Of a DNA stretch of 57,799 bases, positions 36,216 to 47,997 are shown in pieces; within the stretch, counting starts at the first letter, position 1, and each line of letters starts with the position of its first letter. The DNA is from Chiloscyllium plagiosum (taxonomy: Eukaryota): contig NC_057757.1 of the NCBI RefSeq assembly GCF_004010195.1, forward strand, positions 3,750,149-3,807,947, given 5' to 3'. The position numbers were made by a program, and so were the translations under genes. The notes beneath the pieces are model-generated. The model had not been told where the DNA came from. It saw nothing but the letters and a program-made list of their open reading frames with translations, and did not search any database.

Positions 36216-36724
36216 CGAAAGAAAGACGACCCATGGGAAGGGAATCAGGGATTGATGGGAAGAGGGGAGGGAAAAGGAATGGCAGTGGAACAGGTGCAGG
36301 GGATAGGGAATGAGAGTGAGATGGGTACAGGGACAGGCAACCAATGGGTAGTGCCCAAATACTAATGGGTGTACGGACCCTCTGCCCATATTTTGCATGT
36401 TTGATGGGGACAGCCAGTGTCTTTGATAGATGTAGGGACCAAACTGAGAGGGATGATACATTTCAAACAGCCCTTGACGCGACTATTAAAATTTTCCAGT
36501 GCGTCTCCATCTCTCACCGACTTTACAATCCCAGTCAGAGCAGGGAGTGGCATTAGAGAGGTGCCACCAGCGACACAGAACTCCCTCTCCCGGTCTCCCG
36601 AAATTGAGACCCCGGTTCAGAGGAAGATTCCAGCCTCTCGCCCTCCACCCCACTCTCAACGTCGCACTCGAACCCAAACACAGACCCACCTGACCGGCCT
36701 CCAGTGCTGGAGGTAAGTACTCAC

Positions 36725-36782
36725 TGCTCATCGCCGCAGGGAGAGTCATCGTCAGCAACACTACAGTGATAACGGCCACCAT
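36725..36782 (-). CDS. Candidate signal-peptide-encoding exon of an unidentified gene (MVAVITVVLLTMTLPAAMS + phase-1 intron)
   Basis: Lies in non-repetitive-looking sequence. Acceptor ttctcttct...cattgtag| (exon starts at 36792), ATG 10 nt into the exon, 19 mostly hydrophobic codons, strong donor A|gtgagt. No partner exon identified. Confidence 0.4.
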
Positions 36783-38185
36783 GTTTGTGCATCTACAATG
36801 CAGAGCGCAACGCATTCAGGATGGCAGAAGAGAACCTACGCTCGACAGACGGGTCGCTGGAACTTTCCGATCAACCCCAGCCACCCAACAGACCACACGT
36901 CCCACCCATCCATTGTTTCAGTGGGGAGACTGTCTATACTGTCAAGTGTCATCGTGGCAGATGACACCTGGGGGCTATCCCACTTCTCAGGAGCACAAGG
37001 GAGAGCAGCAGGCTGTTCGGCCCATTGTTTGTCATTTATGTCAACGATTTGGATGAGAATATAGTTCATAAATTTGCAGATGGACACCAAAACTGGAGGT
37101 GCAGTGGACAGTGAAGAAGGTTACCTCAGATTACAACGGGATCTTGATCGATTGGGTCAATGGGCTGAGGAGTGACAGATGGGGTTTAATTTGGATAAGC
37201 GGGAGGTATTGCATTTTGGTAAAACAGACAAGGGCAGGACTTATACAGTTAAAAGTAAGGCCCTGGGTAGTGTTGTAGAACAGAGGGGCCGAGGGGTTCA
37301 GGTACATAATTCTTTGAAATTTGCGTCACATATACACAGGGGGGTTAAGAAGGTGTTTAGCAAGTTTGCTGTCATTGCTCAGACCTTTGAGTATAGATTT
37401 TTTTATTCATTTGTGGGACTGGCTGGGCCCAGCATTTAATGCCCATCCCTAGTTGCCCCCATGAGAGGGTGGGGGGTGAGCTGCCTTCTTGAACCACTGC
37501 AGTCCCCCAGCTGTGGACCCACAGTTCCCTTAGGGAGGGAATTCCATGATTTCCTGTATCCCCGCATTCCCACACCCCGCCTCCTCACATCCGCTCCTCT
37601 GCCCCCCTCCTCGCTCTCCCCTCTCCCTCCCCTCCTCTCCCCCCTCCCTCTACCTCTCTCTCCTCTCTCCCCTCCTACCCCTCCCTCCCCTCCTCTCCCC
37701 CTCTCTACCTCTCTCCTTGNNNNNNNNNNNNNNNNNNNNNNNNNNNNNNNNNNNNNNNNNNNNNNNNNNNNNNNNNNNNNNNNNNNNNNNNNNNNNNNNN
37801 NNNNNNNNNNNNNNNNNNNNNNNNNNNNNNNNNNNNNNNNNNNNNNNNNNNNNNNNNNNNNNNNNNNNNNNNNNNNNNNNNNNNNNNNNNNNNNNNNNNN
37901 NNNNNNNNNNNNNNNNNNNNNNNNNNNNNNNNNNNNNNNNNNNNNNNNNNNNNNNNNNNNNNNNNNNNNNNNNNNNNNNNNNNNNNNNNNNNNNNNNNNN
38001 NNNNNNNNNNNNNNNNNNNNNNNNNNNNNNNNNNNNNNNNNNNNNNCCCTCTCTTCCTTCCTCCCCCTTCTCCTTTCCCTTCTCTCTCCCCACCTTCCCC
38101 TCTCTCCCCACCTCCCCCTCTCTCCCCATCTCCGTCCCCTTCCTCTCCCGTCTTCTCCCGTCCCCTCTTCTCTCTCCCCACCTCT

Positions 38186-40080
38186 CATTAGGGTGAGAGA
38201 GGAAAGGTTTAAAAGGGACCAAAGGGACAACTTTTTCACATGGAATAAGCTGCCAGAGGAAGTGGTAGAGGCTGGTACAATTACAGCATTTAAAAGGCAT
38301 CTGGATGGGTATATGAAAAGGAAGGGTTTACAGGGATATGGGCCAAGTGCTGGCAAATGGGACTCAATTAGGTTAGGATATCTGGGCAGCATGGACAATT
38401 TGGGCCGACCTGTCTGTTTCCGTGCTGTACATCTCTATGACTCTGTGATCCTTTGAGTATAGTGTTGCAGAACAGAGGGACCTAAGGGTTCAGGTACATA
38501 ATTGTTTGAAATTGTGTCACATATCAACAAGGTGGTTAAAAAGGCATTTAGCACACTTGCCTTCATTACTTAGACTTTTGAGTATAGGAGTTGAGGCTGT
38601 ACAGGACGTTGGTGAGGCATCTTCTGGAATGCTATGTCCAGTTCTGGTCTCCCTGCTACAGGAACTGGAAAGGGTTCAGAAGTGATTTACCAGGATGTTG
38701 CCGAGTACGGAGAGTTGGAGTTATAAGGAGAGGTTGGATAGGCTGGGACTTCTTTCCCTGGAGTGCCGGGGGCTGAGGGGTGACCCTTATAGAGGTTTAT
38801 AAAATCCTGAGGGGCATGGATAGAGTGAATGGCAGGTGTCTTTTCATTATGATGGGTGACTTCAAGACAAAGGGGGCATATTTTTAAAGTGAGGGGAGAA
38901 AGATTTTAAAAAGGGGCAACTTTGCTTTACACAGAGAGTGGCTCGTGTGTGGAAAGAACTTCCAGAGGAAGTGGGGGATGCTGGTACAGTTACAGCATTT
39001 AAGAGACACTTGGATAAGCACATGAATAGGAAAGGTTTGGAGGGATATGGGCCAGGAGCAGGTAGGTGGGGCTGGTTTAGTTTGGGATTACGGTCGGCAC
39101 GGATTGGTTGGGCCGAAGGGTCTGACTCCGTGCTGTAGGACTCTATGATCCTGCTCCACCATTTTGTGCAATCATAGCAAGCCAAGTGTTCACGGCAACC
39201 CCTGAGAGGGAATGGAGTCACGGAGGAAGTAGTTCAGGGAAGGTCCACTTGGGTTAACTCCAGAGGTGAGGGATTTTTGCCCTAATGGGGAGAGATTGAG
39301 CAGTGGATGACTCAAAGATCTTTCAAGGGAGGAGGAAGGTATTAGGTTACAGGAGGATATAAATGGGTTGGTCAGATGGTCAGATCAGTGGTGGATGGAG
39401 TTGAACCCTGGTAAATGTGAGGAAGTGCACTTTGGAAGAAGGAACAAGACAAGGGAGTACTCAATGAATATCAGGACACCTAGGAAGGTCGGAGGGAATC
39501 CTGGGGGGGAGGGGGTGTGTCCACAGATCCCTGAAGGTGGCAGAGCAGGTTAATAGGGTGCTTAAGGAGGTGGACTGGTCACCAGCCGTTATCAGTCGGG
39601 GCACAGATTGTAAGAGCCGGGAGGTCACGTTGGAGCTAGACAGGGCTTTTGTAAGACCACAGCCAGGGTACTGTGCACAGTTCTGTCCACCCCCACACTA
39701 TAGGGATGGAGATGGAGCGTTTCAGCGACAGAGAGAGGCTGGAATAGACTCGGGTTGGTTTCCATGGAGCAGGGGAGGTTGGCGGGGAGCCTGATCGAGG
39801 TGTATTAGATTCTGAGGGACATGGACAAGGGTGGATAGGAAGGAAATGTTCCCTTTCATCGAAGGGTCTCTAACCAGGGGGCAAAAGTGTAAGGTAGAAG
39901 GGGGGTGCGGGGTTTAAGAGAAAGACAATCATGGTGGAGGAATAGGAATGTACTGTCTGAGAGGATAGTTAAATCAGGAATGCTCACGACTTTTGCCAAG
40001 TATTTGGGCAAGATTTGAGATGTGTCAGAACATTCAGGGCTGTGGGCTGAGTGCGGGAAAGTGGGACTAGATTAGCAAAT
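38186..40080 (+). mobile_element. Tandem decayed CR1 LINE fragments
   Basis: WNKLPEEVVEAG, LYRTLVRHLLECYVQFWSP and WMELNPGKCEEVHFG peptides. Confidence 0.8.
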
Positions 40081-40192
40081 GGTATATTTTCTTTGTTCTG
40101 GCCTAGATGTAGATGTGCCGGTGTTGGACTGGGGTGGACAAAGTTAAAAATCACACAGCACCAGGTTATAGTCCAACAGGTTTGTTTGGAAG

Positions 40193-40227
40193 CACTAGCT
40201 TTCAGAGCGCTGCTCCTTCATCAGGTG
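40193..40227 (-). ncRNA. Minimal type-I hammerhead ribozyme motif in a Penelope-derived terminal repeat
   Basis: Minus strand reads cac-CUGAUGA-a-ggagc-agc-gcucu-GAAA-gc-UA-gug. The core is intact, stem I is cac/gug, stem II is 5 bp, and stem III is the palindrome AGCU. Confidence 0.6.
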
Positions 40228-40319
40228 ATTGTGGAGTGTAAGATCATAAGTCACAGAATTTATAGCAAAAGATTACAGTGTCATGTAACTGAAATGATAC
40301 ATGGAACAAACCTAGATCC

Positions 40320-42435
40320 AAATCGCCGACCAGATATCCTCAATTAATCTAGACCCATTTGCCAGCACCCGGCCTATATCTCTCTAAACCCTTCCTATTC
40401 ATATACCCATCCAGATGCCTTTTGAATGCTGTCATTGTACCAGCCTCCACCACTTCCTCTGGCAGCTCATTCCATACACGTACCACTCTCTGCGTAAAAA
40501 CATTGCCCTTTAGGTCCCTTTTATACCTTTCCTTTCTCATCCTAAATCTATGCCCTCTAGGTCTGGACTCCCCCACCCCAGAGAAAAGACACAGAACATA
40601 GAACATTATAGCGCATTACAGGCCCTTATGCCGTTAATGTTATGCTGATCAGTGAAACCAATCTGGAGCCGATCCAATCTAAACTATTTCATTTTCGTCC
40701 AAATATTTGTTGACCTTGTCAAGATTTTATAGACCTCTATAAGGTCAACACTCAGCCTCTGATGCTCCAGGGAAAACAGCCCCAGCCTATTCAGCTTCTC
40801 CATAAAGCTCAAACCCTCCAACCCTGGCAACATCCTTGTAAATATTTTCTGAACTCTTTCAAGTTTCACAACATCCTTCTGATAGGAAGGAGACCAGAAC
40901 TGCACATAATATTCCAACAGTGGCCTAACCAATGTCCTGTACAGCCGCAACATGACCTCCCAACTCCTGTACTCAATAAGCTGACCAATAAAGGAAAGCA
41001 TACCAAACGCCTTCTTCACGATCCTATCTACCTGCAACTCTACGTTCAAGGAACTATGAACCTGCACTCCAAGGTCTCTTTGTTCAGCAGCACTCCCTAG
41101 GACCTTACCATTAAGTGTATAAGTCCTGTTAAGATTTGCTTTTTCAAAATGCAACACCTTGCAATTATCTGAATTCAACTCCATCTGCCACTCCTCAGCC
41201 CATTGGCCCATCTGATCAAGATCCCATTGTAATCTGAGGTAACCTTCTTCGCTGTCCACTACACCTCCAATTTTGGTGTCATCTGCAAACTTACTATTTG
41301 TACNNNNNNNNNNNNNNNNNNNNNNNNNNNNNNNNNNNNNNNNNNNNNNNNNNNNNNNNNNNNNNNNNNNNNNNNNNNNNNNNNNNNNNNNNNNNNNNNN
41401 NNNNNNNNNNNNNNNNNNNNNNNNNNNNNNNNNNNNNNNNNNNNNNNNNNNNNNNNNNNNNNNNNNNNNNNNNNNNNNNNNNNNNNNNNNNNNNNNNNNN
41501 NNNNNNNNNNNNNNNNNNNNNNNNNNNNNNNNNNNNNNNNNNNNNNNNNNNNNNNNNNNNNNNNNNNNNNNNNNNNNNNNNNNNNNNNNNNNNNNNNNNN
41601 NNNNNNNNNNNNNNNNNNNNNNNNNNNNNNNNNNNNNNNNNNNNNNNNNNNNNNNNNNNNNNNNNNNNNNNNNNNNNNNNNNNNNNNNNNNNNNNNNNNN
41701 NNNNNNNNNNNNNNNNNNNNNNNNNNNNNNNNNNNNNNNNNNNNNNNNNNNNNNNNNNNNNNNNNNNNNNNNNNNNNNNNNNNNNNNNNNNNNNNNNNNN
41801 NNNNNNNNNNNNNNNNNNNNNNNNNNNNNNNNNNNNNNNNNNNNNNNNNNNNNNNNNNNNNNNNNNNNNNNNNNNNNNNNNNNNNNNNNNNNNNNNNNNN
41901 NNNNNNNNNNNNNNNNNNNNNNNNNNNNNNNNNNNNNNNNNNNNNNNNNNNNNNNNNNNNNNNNNNNNNNNNNNNNNNNNNNNNNNNNNNNNNNNNNNNN
42001 NNNNNNNNNNNNNNNNNNNNNNNNNNNNNNNNNNNNNNNNNNNNNNNNNNNNNNNNNNNNNNNNNNNNNACTCCTACTTCCTTTATACTCTTCTAAGGAT
42101 TCACTCAATCTATCCTGTCTATACCTTACATATGCTTCCTTCTTTTTCTTAAGCAAACCCTCAATTTCTCTAGTCATCCAGCATTCCCTACACCTACCAG
42201 CCTTCCCTTTCACCCTGACCGGAATATACTTTCTCTGGATTCTCGATATCTCATTTCAGAAGGCTTCCCATTTTCCAGCCGTCCCTTTATCTGCGAACAT
42301 CTGCCTCCAATCAGCTTTTGAAAGTTCTTGCCTAATACCGTCAAAATTGGCCTTTCTCCAATTTAGAACTTCAACTTTTACATCTGGTCTATCCTGTTCC
42401 ATCACTATTTTAAAACTTATAGAATGATGGTCATG
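40320..42435 (-). mobile_element. CR1 LINE ORF2 spanning an assembly gap; RT C-terminal part largely intact
   Basis: SKFADDTKIGG (RT catalytic FADD)...LYRTLVRPLLEYYVQFWSP. The upstream part WMTREIEGLLKKKKEAY lies beyond the gap. Confidence 0.93.
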
Positions 42436-43229
42436 TGACAATAACTCATTCAACCAATTTTTTAAAAAATCTCTCCCACAAGTGAATTGAAAAAAACAGG
42501 TGTAGCAACAGCAAAATTGGACCAGAGTTATTGTAGATTTGTGAGGAGAGGTGTTTTTTCAGACTAGAGAGAGCGGTGAGCAAGTTTTGGGGAGTGAGAA
42601 GGTGAGTTACTTGCTGTAGGAATCCCAGACTCTGACCTGCTCCTGTAGCCACTGTGTTTATGTGGTGGGTCCAACTGAGTTTCTGGTCAATGGTAATCCC
42701 TCCCACAGGATGTTGATAGTTGATGGTAACACCATTGGATGTCAAGTTGGTGATGGTTAGATTCTCTCTCGATGGCAACGGTCATTGTTTGGCATTTGGG
42801 GGGAACAAAGAATCTGTGGGTTGGGATCAAAATGGGATTTTGGGAAGTGGCGTGGAATGGAGCCGGGGAGACTGGAATGAGAGATTGCTTCAGAATGGGA
42901 TTCACATCAGAAATGGGATTGGATCCCAAAGTGGGATTGAGTCCAGAAACAGTGAGGGGAGGGGAGGGGGTGAAATTGGTGCCAGCGGTGGATTTGGGAT
43001 CTGGAATGATACAGAAGTGGGTTTGGGGCAGCAGCAGTATCCGAATCAGAGCTGTGAATGAGATTAGTCCAGTGGCGGATCTGGGAGTCAGATTGAATCT
43101 CGGAGAGGGAATGCCGTCCATGCAGGGACGGAGTGGATTTGGTATTGGCACTGAGAACTGGCAGCAGGAGGTGGCATTGGGATTCGAACCAAGAGCTGGA
43201 TCAGAGTGGATGTGGGATAGGAATAGGAA

Positions 43230-43770
43230 TGGATCTGGGATCGGACCAGGAGTGGGGCTGGATCTGGTTCTGACAAGAATGTGGATTCAGAACGATCAGG
43301 AGCAGGGTGTGGGATTGCTCCAGGATGGGGGTTTGGGTCCGGGATTGCCCCGGGATCGGGAGCAGCATCCGGGATTGCTCCGGGATCGGGATTGCCCCTG
43401 GATCGGGAGCAGGATCCGGGATTGCTCCGGGATTGGGATTGCCCCTGGATCGGGAGCAGGATCCGGGATTGCTCCGGGATCGGATTTGGATCCGGGATTT
43501 GGGTCCGGAATCGGGATCTGGGTCCGGGATCGCTCCGGGATCGGGAGCAGGATGCGGGATTGCTCCCGGATTGGGATCTGGATCTGAGATTGCTCCGGGA
43601 TTGGGATTGCCCCGGGATCGGGAGCAGGGTCCGGGAATGCCCCGGGATCGGGAGCAGGATCCGGGATTGCTCCGGGATCAGATTCGGGATCCTGGATTTC
43701 TAGCGGATCGGGAGGAGGGTCTGGGATCGGGGTGCGGGAATTTCTCCGGGATCTGGGATTGCTCCGGGTT
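43230..43770. repeat. CpG-rich GGGATC/GGGATT-based compound minisatellite just upstream of MOGAT exon 1
   Basis: Repeated ccgggatcgggagcaggatccgggattgct units, preceded by more degenerate gggatt sequence from ~42810. Confidence 0.88.
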
Positions 43771-43818
43771 TGCGCTGGGACCGGTGACTGGGTCGGGCTC
43801 CGGGGAAAGGGGCCGGAC

Positions 43819-43833
43819 TGAGTCACTTTATAA
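43819..43833 (+). promoter_or_regulatory. AP-1 site (TGAGTCA) abutting a TATA-like TTTATAA upstream of the MOGAT start codon
   Basis: tgagtcactttataa followed by a GC-box-like ccgcccc, about 30 nt before the ATG at 43865. Motif match only. Confidence 0.45.
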
Positions 43834-43864
43834 CCGCCCCCCAGAGCCGGGGTCGGGCAGCGCA

Positions 43865-43958
43865 ATGACAATCCGCTTTGCCCCCCTCCGTATCCCCCTG
43901 GAGCGCAGGCTTCAGACCCTGGGGGTTCTCCAATGGATCTTCTCCTTCTTGGCTCTCG
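43865..43958 (+). CDS. MOGAT3: Monoacylglycerol O-acyltransferase (DGAT2/MOGAT family) exon 1, MTIRFAPLRIPLERRLQTLGVLQWIFSFLAL
   Basis: FAPL..P..RRLQT MOGAT N-terminal motif, 94 nt, G|gtaagg donor. Family assignment is firm. The MOGAT3 paralog call rests on resemblance to fish mogat3 and on synteny, and MOGAT2/1-like is not excluded. Confidence 0.9.
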
Positions 43959-44994
43959 GTAAGGACCACCCACCCCCTCCCGTCCCATTTACCCCAAATA
44001 TCCCGCTGTCCCCTCTCCCCAAACACTGCCTGCTCCATCCACCTNNNNNNNNNNNNNNNNNNNNNNNNNNNNNNNNNNNNNNNNNNNNNNNNNNNNNNNN
44101 NNNNNNNNNNNNNNNNNNNNNNNNNNNNNNNNNNNNNNNNNNNNNNNNNNNNNNNNNNNNNNNNNNNNNNNNNNNNNNNNNNNNNNNNNNNNNNNNNNNN
44201 NNNNNNNNNNNNNNNNNNNNNNNNNNNNNNNNNNNNNNNNNNNNNNNNNNNNNNNNNNNNNNNNNNNNNNNNNNNNNNNNNNNNNNNNNNNNNNNNNNNN
44301 NNNNNNNNNNNNNNNNNNNNNNNNNNNNNNNNNNNNNNNNNNNNNNNNNNNNNNNNNNNNNNNNNNNNNNNNNNNNNNNNNNNNNNNNNNNNNNNNNNNN
44401 NNNNNNNNNNNNNNNNNNNNNNNNNNNNNNNNNNNNNNNNNNNNNNNNNNNNNNNNNNNNNNNNNNNNNNNNNCTTCCCTTCCCAAACAGCTCCTCTCCC
44501 AGCCTGCCCTCTCCCCACAATCTGCCTCCCCTCCCCTCAATCCTTCCCCCCAACCCCCAGCCCTTACCCCTCTCCTCTCGGTGACTGGTTGGCCTGTGGG
44601 TCTGCAGCTTTTGCCCCCTCCCCACTCCCCAGCGCAGACTGCCCCTGGACTGGGGTAACTGAGGGAGGAGGGTATTGACCGGTAGCGTGGTGCCGAAATG
44701 GGACTGAACTTGTTCCTTGCGAAAGTGTGTTTGTGTCAACAACTGTCTGTCAGTCTTTCACCTGTTGCACAACTGTGTGCGTGTGGGGGGGGGGGGGGCG
44801 GAGGGAGGTCAGTGCCCCTCTGGGAATGGCTGAAGATCCCAAGGAGGGGTGTCAGTGTGTGGAGGGCAGACAGGTCAAAGCAACATGAGTCACTGCCAAC
44901 AGGGTGCACTGGAGGGTTGGAGGCAATAGCCCAGACCACTGAAGTGGCAGGCAATTTTATTTTCTTGCCCCCCCCCCCTTCACCTCCCCCAATT

Positions 44995-45550
44995 CATACA
45001 TGGGACATGGGCATCACTGGTCATGCTAAGCGTGTCCTAATTGCTCCCCCAAGGAAGGGGGGGGGGGTTGAGTTACCTTCTTGAACTGCTGCAGTCCACC
45101 CACACAGCACCCATTAGGGAGGGAGCACCAGGATTCTGACCCAGCGACACTGAGGGAGCGGCCGATTATATTCCCAAGTTGGGATGGGGAGGGACTCGGA
45201 GGGGAACATGCAGGGGGGGGTGGGTGTTCCCATGTATCTGCTGCCCCTGTCCTTCCAGTTGGAAGTGGTCGGGGGTTTGGAAGGTGCTGCCTGAGGATCT
45301 TTGGTGAATTCCTGTAGGTGGTACACACTGCTGCTAGTGAGCGTCTGTGGAGGAGGGAGGGGATGTTTGTGGATATGGTGCCAATCAAGTGGGGGCTGCT
45401 TTGTCCCTGGATGGTGTCCAGCTTCTTGAGTGTTGTCGGAGTTGCCCCTATCCAGGGCAAGTGGGGAGTATCCCCGCACTCTCCTGAGTTGTGCCTTGTG
45501 GACAGTGGGAGAGGCTTTGGTGAGTCAGAAGGGGAGTTACTCACTGCAGG
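44995..45550 (-). mobile_element. 3' end of the second LINE family
   Basis: PTTLKKLDTIQ...SLLHRRSLAAVC...GLQQFKK. Confidence 0.75.
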
Positions 45551-45796
45551 GTTTGGGGATTCACTTCTAGAAAATGGGGGAGACGGCTTAGAGAAGGTAA
45601 TAGTTACATACTTTGTTAGGAAGATGTCTAATGAAAGCTAGTGCTTCCAAATAAACCTGTTGGACTATAACCTGGTGTTGTGTAATTTTTAACTTTGTTC
45701 AACCCAGTACAACACTGGTTAGTCCACACCATTGTTTGGAAGAGTAGAGGTACAGACTATTTTCTGAATGATGTAAGCCTTTGGAAAGCCTTTGGT

Positions 45797-46105
45797 GGGC
45801 GGCACGGTGGCACAGTGGTTAGCACTGCTGCCTCACAGCGCCTGAGACCCGGGTTCAATTCCTGCCTCAGGCGACTGACTGTGTGGAGTTTGCACGTTCT
45901 CCCCGTGTCTGCGTGGGTTTCCTCCGGGTGCTCCGGTTTCCTCCCACAGTCCAAAGATGTGCAGGTCAGGTGAATTGGCCATGCTAAATTGCCCGTAGTG
46001 TTAGGTAAGGGGTAAATGTAGGGGCATGGGTGGGTTGCGCTTCGGCGGGTCAGTGTGGACTTGTTGGGCCGAAGGGCCTGTTTCCACGCTGTAATGTAAT
46101 CTAAT
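45797..46105 (+). mobile_element. Full-length tRNA-derived HE1-type V-SINE
   Basis: A box tggcacagtgg, B box ggttcaattcc, V-domain tgtggagtttgcacgttctccccgtgtctgcgtgggtttcctcc, CR1-shared tail gggccgaagggcctgtttcc, and a taatc tail. Confidence 0.93.
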
Positions 46106-46229
46106 CAAAAAAAAATCTGAAGCACAAATGGACTAGAGAGTCTGAGTTCAGGATTTTCTTCAGGTTAACATGTAGATTGGCAAATGCAATGTTGGCTTTG
46201 ATTTCAAAAATACAAGAGCAGAGATGTAC

Positions 46230-46915
46230 TGCTTCCTCCCTCACCTCCATCCAAGGCCCTAAAGGAGCCTTCCACATCCATCAAAGTTTTACCTGCACAT
46301 CAACCAATGTCATTTATTGTATCCGTTGCTCCCAATGCAGTCTCCTCTACATGGGGAGATTGGACTCCTCCTAGCAGAGCGCTTTAGGGAACATCTCTGG
46401 GACACCCGCACCAATCAACCACACCGCCCTGTGGCCCAACATTTCAACTCCTCCTCCCACTCTGCCGAGGACATGCAGGTCCTGGGCCTCCTCCATCGCT
46501 CCTCCCTCCACCACCTGACGCCTGGAGGAAAAACGCCTCATCTTCCGATTCGGAATATTCCAACCCCAGGGCATCAATGTGGACTTCACCTGTTTCCTCA
46601 TTTCCCCTCCCCCCACCTTACCCAGTTCCAACCTTCCAGCTCAGCACTGTCCTCATGACCTGTTCTACCTGCCTATCTCCCTTCCCACCTATTCGCTCCA
46701 CCCTCTCCTCTGACCTATTACCTCCATCCCCACCCCCATTCACCTATTGTACTCTTTGCTACCTTCTCCCCAGCCACTCCTCCCCCCAATTTGTCTCTCC
46801 ACCCTGGAGGCTCCCAGCCTCTATTCCGGATGAAGGGCTTATGCCTGAAATGTCGATTTTCCTGCTCCCCAGATGCTTCCTGACCTGCTGTGCTTTTCCA
46901 GCACCACTCTAATCT
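46230..46915 (+). mobile_element. Penelope-like element 3' part (GIY-YIG region + terminal repeat)
   Basis: SIQGPKGAFHIHQSFTCTSTNVIYCIRCSQCSLLYMG / LAERFREHL...VAQHFNSSSHS, followed by the terminal sequence with a degenerate hammerhead core. Confidence 0.88.
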
Positions 46916-46919
46916 AAAA

Positions 46920-47780
46920 ACTGCTGAGGCTCTGGTCAGACCACATTTGGAATACCGTGAGAGGTTTTGGACCCCGTATCTAAGGGAGGATGTGCTGGCC
47001 TTGGAGGGGCGTCCAAAGGGGGTTTACAAAAATGATCCCAGGGATGAAGTGCTTGTCATGTGGGGAGCGGTCAAGGACTCTGGGTCTGTACCCAATGGGG
47101 TTTAGAAGGATGGGGGTGGGTGGGATTTGATTGAAACGTATAGAATACTGAGATGCCTGGATAGAGTGGACGTGGAGAAGGTCCATGGGAGCCCCGAACT
47201 AGAGAGCATAGGTTTAGGGTGCAAGGGAAAGATATAAGAGAGACATATGGGGGCAACTGTTTCACGCAGAGGATAGTGTGTGTATAGAATGAGCTGCCAG
47301 AGGAAGTGGTGGAGGCAGGTACAATAACAACAGTTAAAAGGCATCTGGATTGGTATGTGAATAGGGAGGGTTTAGAGGGATATGGGCCAGATGCTGGAAA
47401 ATGGGACTAGATTGGGTTGGGATATCTGGTCGGCATGGACACGTTAGACCGATGGATCTGTTTCTGTGCTGTACATCTCCATGACTCTCTGACTTTAAGC
47501 TGTTCCCGCCGGTAGGAGAGCCTCGGGCCCGAGGGCACAGCCTCAGGGTGAAGGGATGGACTGAGATGGGGAGCAATTTCTTCACCCAGAGGGTGGTGAC
47601 TCTGTGGATCTCACGGCCAGAGAGGGCTGTGGAGGCCAACTCACTGAGTGTCTTTAAGACAGAGGTAGGGAGGTTCCTGATTGGTAAGGGGGATGGAGGG
47701 TCACGGGGAGAATGGGATTGAGAACCATGATGGCATGGCAGGGCAGAGATGATGGGCGGAATGGCCTCATTCTGCTCCTA
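46920..47780 (+). mobile_element. Nested CR1 LINE 3' fragments
   Basis: LVRPHLEYRERFWTPYLREDVLALEG, with two different 3' tails. Confidence 0.82.
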
Positions 47781-47818
47781 TCTCTCTGACTAGGAGTGAG
47801 ATTGTGATTTGTTTCCAG

Positions 47819-47997
47819 CACAGTGCTGCCTGGTCATTTTTGTCCTGCTGTTCCTCACCGATTACTGGTACATCGCTGCGATTTATGCCGGATGGTTACA
47901 TTTGGACCGGGAGACGCCAAGGAGCGGGGGTCGGAGGTCAGCCTGGGTCCGGAACTGGGCGGTGTGGCGGTACTTTCGTGACTACTTCCCAATCACG
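47819..47997 (+). CDS. MOGAT3: MOGAT exon 2, (A)QCCLVIFVLLFLTDYWYIAAIYAGWLHLDRETPRSGGRRSAWVRNWAVWRYFRDYFPIT
   Basis: ttccag|CA...ACG|gtgagc, 179 nt. Contains the GGRR and YFP DGAT2-family motifs. Confidence 0.94.

Noticed and set aside
36500..36718. Plus-strand exon ending at GAG|gtaagt (36712), overlapping the minus-strand donor
   Set aside because: No recognisable protein in any frame and no TM4SF5 similarity. It cannot be supported without transcript data.
40684..42427. 509-aa and 384-aa ORFs
   Set aside because: CR1 ORF2 fragments joined through an N gap. All X-containing ORFs in the track are gap artefacts.
42772..44584. Long Gly/Ser/Pro-rich ORFs (271, 230 and 425 aa)
   Set aside because: These are translations of the GGGATC minisatellite plus N-gap read-through. 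Only 43865-43958 is real coding sequence.
45797..45870. tRNA gene
   Set aside because: The A/B boxes belong to the SINE head, which continues into the V-domain and LINE-derived tail. The same applies to the other SINE heads.
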